IMG/VR virus record: IMGVR_UViG_3300042391_000634
Span: 124,001 to 188,000 of that record
Reading direction: 5' to 3' (one strand)
Length of the DNA stretch: 64,000 bases
In this document: in pieces, positions 17,405 through 26,832 of the stretch
Numbering within the stretch: the first letter of the stretch is position 1
Layout of the letters: every line of letters begins with the position of its first letter
Translations under genes and position numbers: made by a program
The notes under the pieces: model-generated
Database searches by the model: none
What the model was told of the DNA's origin: nothing
Seen by the model: only the letters and a program-made list of their open reading frames with translations

Positions 17405-18096
17405 TATGTTGTTGGGTGTCTATTATATTCTTTTTTAGTATTATAACTATTTTTACCTGTATTTTCAGTTCTAGTTAATATATCTGTTTTAGAACCTATG
17501 GTTCCATTTTCATCTTTTTGTCCTTTACCATATTCATCACCGTCGGATAGGGCGTCGGGATTTTTACTATTATAAAGATTTTTTTTAGTAAATTTATTTT
17601 TAACTAAATTTTCTGTTCTTTTTAATATATCAGTTTTAGAACCGACTTCTCCTGTTTCACCTTTTTGCCCTTTACCAAATTCGTCACCATTAGATAATGC
17701 ATTAGGGTTATTAGTATTATATTGATTATTTTTACCGTAATGATTTTTACTCATTAATAAATTTCTGTTTGCAATATCAATAGAGGTTCCTATAGCGACA
17801 TTATCTTCTACTTGACCTCTACCTTTTTCATCTCCATCAGCTAACGCATTTGGATTTGTAATACCATATTGGTTATTTTCATTATATGAATTTCTTCCTA
17901 AACTTGAAATTCTATTTTGAATGTCTGTTGTTGAACCTACAGTGCCGGTGTCTCCCTTTTGTCCCTTACCTTTTTCATCTCCACTAGATAATGAGTTTAC
18001 ATTCTGACTATTGTATAGGTTTTTTTCACCATAAGAATTTCTTGTTACAGATTCTTTTCTAAATTGTTCTGATATTTGGTCTAATTTTGTTGCCAT
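17404..18096 (-). CDS. Protein built of about 4.3 tandem 49-aa repeats
   Basis: Unit R-x5-(R/K)N-x-(Y/F)-x3-N-x-Y-x3-N-(P/V)-(N/D)-(A/S)-L-x-x-GDE-x-G-(K/R)-GQ-x6-G-(S/T)-x-x-DI repeats with an exact 49-aa period. Confidence 0.85.
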   Translation of the reverse strand: MATKLDQISEQFRKESVTRNSYGEKNLYNSQNVNSLSSGDEKGKGQKGDTGTVGSTTDIQNRISSLGRNSYNENNQYGITNPNALADGDEKGRGQVEDNVAIGTSIDIANRNLLMSKNHYGKNNQYNTNNPNALSNGDEFGKGQKGETGEVGSKTDILKRTENLVKNKFTKKNLYNSKNPDALSDGDEYGKGQKDENGTIGSKTDILTRTENTGKNSYNTKKEYNRHPTT

Positions 18097-18097
18097 A

Positions 18098-18589
18098 TTA
18101 TAACATTAATTTTTTTATTCTTTCAAGTTGTTCAAATAACCCCGTTAATTTTATTGATGATATTGAATTTTTTTCTGAATTAGAATTAAATTTAAATGAA
18201 GGTAACCAACTTGATTTTTTTGTATGTTTCTTTAAGAAACTATTTTTTCTTTCTCCTGTGGTGCTTGAAATATCATCAGATTGTTTTCTACCTTCTTTTC
18301 TATTTTGTATTAAATCTCTTTCTCCTTGGAGATGTTGTTTAGACCAATTGTCCATTAAATCACCACCAGCCAAGTCATACCTAATTTTATCAGCAACTTT
18401 ATCCATACTTTGTATGTCATGAATAATACGTTTAAGTTGACCATATGTTACTTTTTTATCGGTTAAGAGTTTTTTAGCTCTCATTACCCCATGCATATTT
18501 TGACCGTTAAGACCTGTAACCGTGTGGTTGATCTTATCTAAAATGTTCTGTGGTAAATCAAAGTCCCTATTTTTTAACTCTTTATTCAT
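18098..18589 (-). CDS. Hypothetical basic protein, probable head-associated
   Basis: 163-aa ORF ending LFEQLERIKKLML, in a late-box operon. Confidence 0.55.
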   Translation of the reverse strand: MNKELKNRDFDLPQNILDKINHTVTGLNGQNMHGVMRAKKLLTDKKVTYGQLKRIIHDIQSMDKVADKIRYDLAGGDLMDNWSKQHLQGERDLIQNRKEGRKQSDDISSTTGERKNSFLKKHTKKSSWLPSFKFNSNSEKNSISSIKLTGLFEQLERIKKLML

Positions 18590-19337
18590 TATCGTCTTTA
18601 AGTCCTTTTAAAATATGGTCGGGTTTAAGACCATAAGTTTTCATACTATTTTTAAGTGATTTTATTTGTTTTGCAACTATTGGATTGATTTCAATTTCTT
18701 CAACCTCTTCTTCTTTAGATAATACATCGTTGTCTTTTCCTTTTTGTTTTAAAAGATTGTCAATGTATTCCTCCATGAATTTTTTAGGATTTTCAACCAA
18801 TCTTACTTTGTCTTCAGGTAAACTTGGGTCAAAACCTAATTGTTTTGCTCTTTCATCTCGTTCAACAGGATCTTCAATACCTAAATTTTCAAATTCACCT
18901 TCAGCATCCTCATAATCAACATTGTCAGAATGTAATAATTTATCAGCACCCAATACTTTACTCATATCAGATTCACCCCAATATCTTCTAAAACCCATAC
19001 CTAATTTTGGTGATATTGATGATTGTCCCGCACCTGTTAATGCCACTTCATCACTTGTTGAATTTGATGATATACCTTTAGTATTAAAATCTCCTGGTTT
19101 TTTACTCTTTGCAAAATTACCGGCAGCATCTACAATTTCATCAACCTCTTCTTCTTTTTCTACTTTATTAGGGATTTTATCATAATCTGTATCATCGGAG
19201 AATTCTTTAGCCCATTTTGACCATTTCTTCTTTTCTTTCTTGGGTTTACCCTTTTCATTCGCCTTAGCGTAGAAAAATCTTTGTTGTGCTTTTGAAGCAA
19301 ATTTCTCTTCAATTACCTGTTTTATAAAATTATTCAT
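18582..19337 (-). CDS. Hypothetical protein, probable head-associated
   Basis: N-terminal VIEE-KFASKAQQRFFYA; SKAQQR-type motifs recur in T4-like phage small proteins; first gene after the TATTTAT box at 19354-19360 (minus). Confidence 0.55.
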   Translation of the reverse strand: MNNFIKQVIEEKFASKAQQRFFYAKANEKGKPKKEKKKWSKWAKEFSDDTDYDKIPNKVEKEEEVDEIVDAAGNFAKSKKPGDFNTKGISSNSTSDEVALTGAGQSSISPKLGMGFRRYWGESDMSKVLGADKLLHSDNVDYEDAEGEFENLGIEDPVERDERAKQLGFDPSLPEDKVRLVENPKKFMEEYIDNLLKQKGKDNDVLSKEEEVEEIEINPIVAKQIKSLKNSMKTYGLKPDHILKGLKDDNE

Positions 19338-19353
19338 CTAAATGGACTTTTAT

Positions 19354-19384
19354 ATAAATATCAAATGTTATGAAAGATATTTAT
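19354..19384. promoter_or_regulatory. Back-to-back TATTTAT late-promoter boxes (representative of 20 such sites)
   Basis: ATAAATA at 19354-19360 drives the leftward operon; TATTTAT at 19378-19384 drives the rightward structural genes. Confidence 0.7.
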
Positions 19385-19390
19385 ATTATA

Positions 19391-20929
19391 ATGAATAGAC
19401 AGAATATTTTAAACTATTACGGATCTAAATTGGATTTAAAGTTAGATTCATCGGAACTTTACGACTATCAGTTAACTACAAATGAGGTTGATTACGATAT
19501 AGATGTGTTAGATTTATCTACCCCAATCGTATATAGTGCACTTACAATTAACGATAGTTTAGAAGATTTGGGTTGCGCCAAAACAAGAATAACTCTTGTT
19601 GAGGATAACATAAATGATTTGTTAACTCCATATTCATATTTAGGATTATCAATGACTTTATCATATAATAATTTTGTTTCTTATTTTGGAACGGGTTATA
19701 CGTATACAATTTTAGATGGTAATAGATTTAAATTTACACTTTTAAACAATGAAAATCACTATTTTAAAATATACGGTTATAATCATACCGGTTTAACTTC
19801 TACAGTTTTATCAGGTTATACGGAATCAGAACTAATTTCAGGATTTACCACAAATGTTTACGTGGACAGAAGAAATATAGTAAATGTTTTTGCCTGTTCA
19901 TCACAAGCACCAAAAACAAACGTAAAACCTTGGGCGTTTAATTTTAATGAGGGTTTGGGAACCGATAAATGCACCCCAATATTAAAAAGAAGAACTGAAA
20001 AGGGATGGTCTTTGGATTTTATATTTAATAGAGAAAACTTATCTTGGTCAAATGGTAGTGTGTTTTATTATGTGGGTGTTAGAGGAGATAATGATATTGC
20101 CGATTATAGTGATAACAATTTATCTTTTGGATTTACATCAGATGGTAGAATTAAATGGACATCAAAACATTACTCAGGAACATGTGTAAATGATACATCA
20201 TATAATGAATCGTATTACACCTCGAGTGGACAAACTCCGACTTTATGTACAACGGGATTAACAAAAGATTTTAATGTTACAATTGTTTTTAATAGGTATA
20301 AACGTTACACCGATTGTGATATTGAAAATATGGGTGGACAAAATGATTTAATTATTGGTCCTCACCCTACGGATTATATTATTAATACTGGAGTCACTGC
20401 GGTTACATCTACTCAAGTAGTAACAGGATATTTGATTACGAACTCTTTAGATGTTTTAACAGGTGCAACACCTGTATATCAATATATTGAAACATTAAAT
20501 AAAAAATGGTCAGACGAAAGAGATAGAAGATTAGGAACCCTAAAAATATATTTAAATGGAAATTTAGTTTATAAATTAGAAGATTGGGAAGAGGTTATTC
20601 CTTCAAAAAGGGGAGAACAACCGTTTATTCAATCTTGGGGAGGGGGAACCGGATTAATGGGTGGAGTTCATGAAGGTGTTTGTTGTTTTAATATTAAATC
20701 AATAAAATATTATGAGGAACCATTAGATTTTATTCACGTTAAACATAACTTTATAACAAGATTAGATAACTTTGATTTTGAAATATGTAATGCACCTTGT
20801 GTGGATGATGTATATCAATATGTCCCACCAACCGCAACACCTACCCCTGTACCAACTAGTACCCCAACTCCAACCCCAACATCAACCCCAACTCCCACTC
20901 CAACGGCAACGCCTACACCGACAATATAA
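19391..20929 (+). CDS. Virion protein with a LamG/concanavalin-like domain and a C-terminal Pro/Thr tail
   Basis: NVTIVFNRY...GTLKIYLNGNLVYK...NIKSIKYYEEPL is LamG-like. The ORF track starts at 19370, but a TATTTAT box at 19378-19384 favours the ATG at 19391. Confidence 0.6.
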   Translation: MNRQNILNYYGSKLDLKLDSSELYDYQLTTNEVDYDIDVLDLSTPIVYSALTINDSLEDLGCAKTRITLVEDNINDLLTPYSYLGLSMTLSYNNFVSYFGTGYTYTILDGNRFKFTLLNNENHYFKIYGYNHTGLTSTVLSGYTESELISGFTTNVYVDRRNIVNVFACSSQAPKTNVKPWAFNFNEGLGTDKCTPILKRRTEKGWSLDFIFNRENLSWSNGSVFYYVGVRGDNDIADYSDNNLSFGFTSDGRIKWTSKHYSGTCVNDTSYNESYYTSSGQTPTLCTTGLTKDFNVTIVFNRYKRYTDCDIENMGGQNDLIIGPHPTDYIINTGVTAVTSTQVVTGYLITNSLDVLTGATPVYQYIETLNKKWSDERDRRLGTLKIYLNGNLVYKLEDWEEVIPSKRGEQPFIQSWGGGTGLMGGVHEGVCCFNIKSIKYYEEPLDFIHVKHNFITRLDNFDFEICNAPCVDDVYQYVPPTATPTPVPTSTPTPTPTSTPTPTPTATPTPTI

Positions 20930-20944
20930 TTTACACCTACATCA
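20827..20944 (+). repeat. Pro/Thr (PT)n low-complexity repeat
   Basis: PPTATPTPVPTSTPTPTPTSTPTPTPTATPTPTI, then after the stop in-frame FTPTS. Confidence 0.85.
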
Positions 20945-21002
20945 AGGAAAATTCATATAAAAAAAATAAAAAAGACAAAAATAAAAGTATTTATATAACA
21001 TA

Positions 21003-21872
21003 ATGGCAACAACAAGACCCTTCGCATACAACACAGGATCCACCATAGATGGAACAACACAAATTGGAAACATCGCAATAGGTGTTTCAGATCAAGATTA
21101 TTCACAAAATCCAGGTGGGGTTAAATGGTGGATGGGACCTGACGAAGATTTGGGTTATGTTATTGCATACGAGGTACCAACAGGAGATCAACCAACACAA
21201 GTTGAGGTGGATGCGTACCTTAATTTTTGGAGATCAACAAGTTTAACGGATCAATCTTTAGTTGATTTATTAAACTCAATACCACCTACAAATGGTTTAC
21301 CATTATTTACAAATAAAACAGACGCATTAGATTGGTTAAATACTAATGGATATTTTACATCATATTCAAGTTTTGGTAGTTCAGGATTTCAATGGATGAC
21401 TATTAACTCAATTACCGATACAACCGCATCAGGTGTAGGTCAAAACGGCATCACAGTTACAATTACACAAGACAATGGAGGTATGGAAACGGAGAATGGT
21501 ATGTACAGCCCAACGACATTTCCAGAACAATACGGGGTTCCACTAAATGGTAATCAAATCCGAAACACTAAAGATGGTGTATTTACGGCAACATTTAGTC
21601 AACCTGTTTTAAATCCACTAATTGCATTTGCTAGTGTAGGTAATCCAAATTTATCAGTTCCAGTTCAATCAACTTTACCGTTTACTCCAATTTGGGAGCA
21701 GTCAACAACTTATCAAAACGCATCAGGTCCAACTCAATACACTCAATTCACAGGACAAGAAGGATTCAATATTATTCGAATAGATGGTACTGTAAGTAGC
21801 GTATCTTTTTTATATACAGTTGAGGAATATTATTGCACAGTTTGTTTTGGATTTGTAGATCAGAACTCGTAA
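21003..21872 (+). CDS. Probable virion surface/fibre protein, two-module
   Basis: N-module RPFAYNTG...KWWMGPDEDLGYVIA; beta-rich C-module (FSQPVLNPLIAFASVG...GQEGFNIIRIDG); TATTTAT box upstream. Confidence 0.55.
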   Translation: MATTRPFAYNTGSTIDGTTQIGNIAIGVSDQDYSQNPGGVKWWMGPDEDLGYVIAYEVPTGDQPTQVEVDAYLNFWRSTSLTDQSLVDLLNSIPPTNGLPLFTNKTDALDWLNTNGYFTSYSSFGSSGFQWMTINSITDTTASGVGQNGITVTITQDNGGMETENGMYSPTTFPEQYGVPLNGNQIRNTKDGVFTATFSQPVLNPLIAFASVGNPNLSVPVQSTLPFTPIWEQSTTYQNASGPTQYTQFTGQEGFNIIRIDGTVSSVSFLYTVEEYYCTVCFGFVDQNS

Positions 21873-21890
21873 TAGTTGTATTTATAACAT

Positions 21891-22262
21891 ATGGAATTTC
21901 ACATAAGACAAGGGGCAACTGACCCAATATTAAAAATGAGAATGATTGACGACGGTAAAAACGATAAGTCATCATTTAATGAAATGTTAGCCACAGGTTC
22001 AACAATTACATTTGAAATGTCCGATGTAACAACTGGGGAGCCTATGGTTGTAGGTGGGGAATGTTTATTAACCAATAGGGTAAAGAAATATGATTATACA
22101 ACAGATGAGAATTATATTACATATAGATTCACAGAAGAACAAACATCACAAGTAGGAAGATTTGAGGGTAAGATTACGGTTCAATTTAAAGACACTAATC
22201 AAAACCCAACAACCAAACTTATTCTACCAATTAAAGAAAAACTTTACATTAATATTTTTTAA
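21891..22262 (+). CDS. BppU-N-like Ig-fold structural protein
   Basis: FHIRQGATDPILKM...YRFTEEQTSQVGRFEGKITV matches the BppU N-terminal pattern (I-K/R-Q-G-D/A-T-x-P ... Y-x-F/W ... T ... G-x-F/Y); TATTTAT box upstream. Confidence 0.55.
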   Translation: MEFHIRQGATDPILKMRMIDDGKNDKSSFNEMLATGSTITFEMSDVTTGEPMVVGGECLLTNRVKKYDYTTDENYITYRFTEEQTSQVGRFEGKITVQFKDTNQNPTTKLILPIKEKLYINIF

Positions 22263-22304
22263 TACCCTATTTTTTAATTATAATTTATTAAAATTAAAAA
22301 ATAA

Positions 22305-22685
22305 ATGTCAAATCCAATTAACGAAAGTGGTTCAAAACTAGAAGATTTAGTGGAGGGATTTTTATTTAAAAATAATTATAAATTTATTGATGGAGGTAGT
22401 ATAGATATAGATTTTATTATTGAAACAAGAAATGAAAGGATATATGTTGATTGCACCAATCAAAACACAGAAGGGAGTGTTATAGATAAATTACCTCACA
22501 AAATTTACAAATATTATAAAAAACATAAAATGAATGATTTTTATATTATTAGAGGATTATATAAAAATTTTCCAAAATCCGTATTTGAACATATTAATTT
22601 TTTAGAGGATTATTTTAATTTTAAAGTAATAATATTAACATATGATGAATTTATTGAGATGTTAATAAATAAAAATATGATATAA
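22305..22685 (+). CDS. PD-(D/E)XK-family nuclease-like protein
   Basis: NESGSKLEDLV...IDFII...IYVDCTNQNTEGSVIDKLP matches restriction-endonuclease-like motifs (E ... D-F ... E/D-C-K-x-Q ... G-S-V-x-x-K); the catalytic Lys position reads Thr; noticeably more AT-rich than its neighbours. Confidence 0.6.
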   Translation: MSNPINESGSKLEDLVEGFLFKNNYKFIDGGSIDIDFIIETRNERIYVDCTNQNTEGSVIDKLPHKIYKYYKKHKMNDFYIIRGLYKNFPKSVFEHINFLEDYFNFKVIILTYDEFIEMLINKNMI

Positions 22686-22784
22686 TTTTTTATTCCTCCT
22701 TTTTTTTCTTATACTTATTAATGTAAACAAGGCAAACTGTGATTTAATCACAAGCTAATACGTCACATTAAAAAAATATAAAAC

Positions 22785-25682
22785 ATGAAAGAGGTTATCT
22801 CTCAGGAGGTTATTGAAGGCTTCCTCAATGGTGGAGACGATGAAATGTATATCGTCGGAGTTGAATACGACTACCCAACCAACACAATTTACAAGATTAT
22901 ACAAGACCCAATTGAGGGTAAAATTATTAAAACTGATACATTTACTCCGTTTTTATGGGTAGGTGATTTAACAGGTTTAAATTTCTATAACAACTCAAAA
23001 GCCATGCAAAAGAAACGTATGGGTGAGTTTGGTATATTAATTGAAAAGTTAGATACACATAATAACGAACGTTTAGAAAATGGTATGACCCATATCGTTA
23101 AGAGTATTAAATCTTATACGGATTTAGTTTCGTTTTTTAGAATGGGTGGATTGAATCCTTGGGACGAAAAAGTTAGACATAATTTTACAATCTTAAACCC
23201 TGTTGAACAATACCTTATACAAAAGAAAAAAAGATTATTTAAAGGTATTGATGAGTATAGTGGTGTGAATAGATTTGTGTTTGATATTGAAACCACAGGT
23301 CTTGACCCTGAAACTTGCGTTATTATATTAATTGGGGTTAAGGATAACCGTGGTATGAATGAAACTATATCAGCGTTCGGTGAAAATGGAGAAAAGAAAT
23401 GTATTGAAAGATTTTTCAAATATATAAAAGATTTAAAACCAACCATTGTTGCAGGATATAACTCTGCCTTCTTTGACTGGCCCTTTATTTTAAAACGTGC
23501 TGAAATACTTGGTGTCGATGTTGATGGTTTAACACAAATCTTTACATCTCAAGGAATGAAAGAGAAAGAAGGTATGTTAAAACTTGCCAATGAGGTTGAA
23601 CCATATAAACAACACGTTATATGGGGATTTAATATTATTGATATTGCACATTCTGTAAGACGCGCTCAAGCGATTAATTCTGAAATTAAATCTTGGGGAT
23701 TAAAATATATTACAACATATTTGGAAAAAGAAAAACCTAATCGGGTTTATGTTGAAGGTTCTAAAATTTCAAAAATATATTTGGATAATGAAAGTTATTA
23801 TGTAAATCCAAAGACAGGTGGATATAAACAAATTGGAGAACCTGGAACAGAAAATTTAACACAAAAATATCCAGGTAAGTATGAGATATGGACAGGTAGA
23901 AAAATTGTAGAACAATATCTAGATGATGACTTGTATGAAACAATGGTTGTAGATGATTCATTCTCTCAATCAACATTTTTACTATCAAAACTCGTTCCTA
24001 CAACGTATGAAAGAATTGCCACAATGGGAACCGCAACACTATGGAAAATAATAATGTTAGCTTGGTCTTATGAAAATAATTTAGCAATACCAGCAAAAGA
24101 TGAGAAACGTGCTTTCACGGGAGGTTTATCTCGTTTATTAAATGTTGGGTTTGCAAAGAACATTGTTAAGTTTGACTATGCGTCACTTTACCCATCTATT
24201 CAATTAGTTTATGATGTGTTTCCCGCTTGTGATGTAATGGGTGTTCAAAAATCAATGTTAAAATATTTCCGTGATATTCGTATTAAATATAAACATCTTG
24301 CGGGTTCGTTAGCAAAAACAAATCCCGTTGAAGCTGAGATGTATGATAGAAAACAATTACCAATTAAGATTTTTATCAACGCATATTTTGGTAGTTTATC
24401 CGCTCCACACGTATTCCCTTGGGGAGAAATGGATTCAGGTGAAACCATTACCTGTATTGGTCGTCAGTGTTTAAGAATGATGATTATGTTCTATATGAAG
24501 AAAGGATATAAACCACTTGTAATGGATACGGATGGTGTGAACTTTGAAACACCTGAAGGAATTGAAAATACAAAGTATATCGGTAAAGGATTAAATGAAT
24601 TGGTTATAGAAGGAAAAGAATATTCAGGTATTGAAGCAGATACCGCAGAGTTTAATGATATATTCATGAGAAATGAAATGGGGTTAGATATTGATTATGT
24701 TGCACCGGCTTGTATTAATGTTTCTCGTAAGAACTATATTATTAAGATGATGAAGAAAGGTAAAGAGAAAATTAAATTAACAGGTAATACAATTAAATCT
24801 AAAAAGTTACAAACATATGTGGTGGAATTTTTAGATGAAGGATTAAAGTATTTGTTAAATGGTGATGGACATTCTTTTGTGGAATTATATTATGATTATG
24901 TAAGTAAAATATTTGAGAAAGAAATACCATTGTCTAAAATGGCAAACAAAGCACGTGTTAAACAAAGTGTTAATGAATACAAAAAGTATGTAACGAAAAC
25001 TACTAAAGCTGGTTCATTAATGTCTCGTCAAGCACATATGGAATTAATTATGAATAATAATTATCCCGCAGGTTTAGGAGATACAATTTATTATATTAAT
25101 AACGGAGTAAAAAAATCATCAGGCGACGTTCAGAAAATAACTAAACCAACAAAGAAACAACAAGAAGAGTTTACGGCGAAGAACGGATATCCAATGCCCG
25201 ATAATTTTATTGAGGTTAATTGTTATATGATTGATGAAAAGGAAATAACAAATAATCCAGATTTAAAAGGTGATTATAATGTTCCTCGTTATTTAAACAT
25301 TTTTAATAAACGTGTAGAACCATTATTAGTTGTTTTCAATCCAGCAATTAGAGAAGATATATTAATTGAAGACCCAAAAGATAGACAATACTTTACAAAG
25401 GCACAATGTGATTTAGTTAATGGTTTTCCATTAAAAGAAGAAGGTCAAGATAAGTTAGATGAGGTTATGACTTTATCTGATAGTGAGGTTATATTTTGGA
25501 ATAAAGTTCAAAGAGACCCTTTCTTTATGTATGTAGAAAATAGTTTAGAACTTGCTGACCAATATTGGGTGGAACATAATAGAAAAGTTGTTACACTACA
25601 AGCTGAAAGTATTAAATCTAATGAAGAAGAAATAATCGAGAATAACAATCACGATTATGCGTTTCACGCAATAGAAATTTAG
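22785..25682 (+). CDS. gp43: Family B DNA polymerase (gp43-like) with a 3'-5' exonuclease domain
   Basis: ExoI FDIETTG, ExoII GYNSAFFDWPFI, ExoIII YLDDD; polymerase motifs FDYASLYPS, KIFINAYFG, MDTDG. Confidence 0.96.
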   Translation: MKEVISQEVIEGFLNGGDDEMYIVGVEYDYPTNTIYKIIQDPIEGKIIKTDTFTPFLWVGDLTGLNFYNNSKAMQKKRMGEFGILIEKLDTHNNERLENGMTHIVKSIKSYTDLVSFFRMGGLNPWDEKVRHNFTILNPVEQYLIQKKKRLFKGIDEYSGVNRFVFDIETTGLDPETCVIILIGVKDNRGMNETISAFGENGEKKCIERFFKYIKDLKPTIVAGYNSAFFDWPFILKRAEILGVDVDGLTQIFTSQGMKEKEGMLKLANEVEPYKQHVIWGFNIIDIAHSVRRAQAINSEIKSWGLKYITTYLEKEKPNRVYVEGSKISKIYLDNESYYVNPKTGGYKQIGEPGTENLTQKYPGKYEIWTGRKIVEQYLDDDLYETMVVDDSFSQSTFLLSKLVPTTYERIATMGTATLWKIIMLAWSYENNLAIPAKDEKRAFTGGLSRLLNVGFAKNIVKFDYASLYPSIQLVYDVFPACDVMGVQKSMLKYFRDIRIKYKHLAGSLAKTNPVEAEMYDRKQLPIKIFINAYFGSLSAPHVFPWGEMDSGETITCIGRQCLRMMIMFYMKKGYKPLVMDTDGVNFETPEGIENTKYIGKGLNELVIEGKEYSGIEADTAEFNDIFMRNEMGLDIDYVAPACINVSRKNYIIKMMKKGKEKIKLTGNTIKSKKLQTYVVEFLDEGLKYLLNGDGHSFVELYYDYVSKIFEKEIPLSKMANKARVKQSVNEYKKYVTKTTKAGSLMSRQAHMELIMNNNYPAGLGDTIYYINNGVKKSSGDVQKITKPTKKQQEEFTAKNGYPMPDNFIEVNCYMIDEKEITNNPDLKGDYNVPRYLNIFNKRVEPLLVVFNPAIREDILIEDPKDRQYFTKAQCDLVNGFPLKEEGQDKLDEVMTLSDSEVIFWNKVQRDPFFMYVENSLELADQYWVEHNRKVVTLQAESIKSNEEEIIENNNHDYAFHAIEI

Positions 25683-26794
25683 ATAACAATAATAGATGAA
25701 GGCATTGCTCTAAATTTAAGTGCCTTATTAAGATTCTCCGCCTCACCCGCTTTTCTTTCAAGAAGTTTGTCGGGGCGGAGTCTTTCTAATCTAGCCATAA
25801 GTTCCTCAACCAATTTAGATTTTTCATCTTTACCTTCCGTAATTAATGATGAGTAATCTAATTTAACTGAACTATCTGGAACTTGTAAGTCCCCACTAAA
25901 TTTACCCCAAATACGACCTAAACCTTCCTTAGCATAAGCAATCAAATACTTTCTAATCCAGTTTTGTGCGGGTTTATTTAATTGGTCCCATGTTAATTCT
26001 TCAGTCATAACATCAGATGGTAATTTAATTACATCTTTGTTATTTTTTAAACAAGTGTCTCTATCCATAGTATCATAATACCAATACCAAACGTTGTAAT
26101 TTTTTTGTTGTATAGAACCAAAATCAAATTTACCACCAGGTACATTGTGTAAGTGAACTAATTTTTTACCTTCAGGACCCGCAGTAATTCTATAAGTTAA
26201 ATCGCCACCAATTAATCTATTTTTCATAGACCTATCTTGCATCCTCAATAATAAGTCAAATGCTGGCATCATAAAGTAAGAACCCGCGTTACCAGCTTGA
26301 GCAAATCCACCCGCACCACCAAATCCCATACCACCAAGACCACCAAATCCAGCCATAAACGGATCAACAAATGAATCATTTAGTTCGGCACGTGTAAACC
26401 ACAAAAGTTCGTTTATTTCACGACCGGCAGGGATTTCATATGTTTGAGTTCCACCTGTAAGTTCAAAAAAATCCTTTTTCAATTCACTTGTTCCTCCAGC
26501 CTGTAAACCTACAATTTTAGAATATGAGTGTGTATATTGAGTTTCGTAATCTAAACTTCTTGTTGTAAATGCTCTTGATAATGATTGTGTATCCACATCT
26601 AAACCAGCTAAGGCCGACCATTGAGATTCGATTAACCAATCACTAACATATTGTTCATATTCAGATAAAGATAACTCCATAAAGGTATCCATTTGTTCTT
26701 CCGTAAGTTCAATACCACGAACTGGCATACCTAAAAGATGAAATACTTGGGTATATAATTTATCTTTCTCCGCTTGTGAAATAATTTGAGACAT
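25679..26794 (-). CDS. gp13: Neck/head-completion protein (gp13-like)
   Basis: N-terminal HLLGMPVRGIELTEEQMD and C-terminal WIRKYLIAYAKEGLGRIWGKF...LITEG match the gp13 pattern; TATTTAT box upstream. Confidence 0.75.
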   Translation of the reverse strand: MSQIISQAEKDKLYTQVFHLLGMPVRGIELTEEQMDTFMELSLSEYEQYVSDWLIESQWSALAGLDVDTQSLSRAFTTRSLDYETQYTHSYSKIVGLQAGGTSELKKDFFELTGGTQTYEIPAGREINELLWFTRAELNDSFVDPFMAGFGGLGGMGFGGAGGFAQAGNAGSYFMMPAFDLLLRMQDRSMKNRLIGGDLTYRITAGPEGKKLVHLHNVPGGKFDFGSIQQKNYNVWYWYYDTMDRDTCLKNNKDVIKLPSDVMTEELTWDQLNKPAQNWIRKYLIAYAKEGLGRIWGKFSGDLQVPDSSVKLDYSSLITEGKDEKSKLVEELMARLERLRPDKLLERKAGEAENLNKALKFRAMPSSIIVI

Positions 26795-26832
26795 AATTTG
26801 ATTTATTATTATAAATATCTTATATTTAGGTT

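Noticed and set aside
22738-22752. Canonical CRP/FNR site before the polymerase gene
   Set aside because: The spacer between TGTGA and TCACA is 5 nt rather than 6; kept only as an unassigned palindrome.
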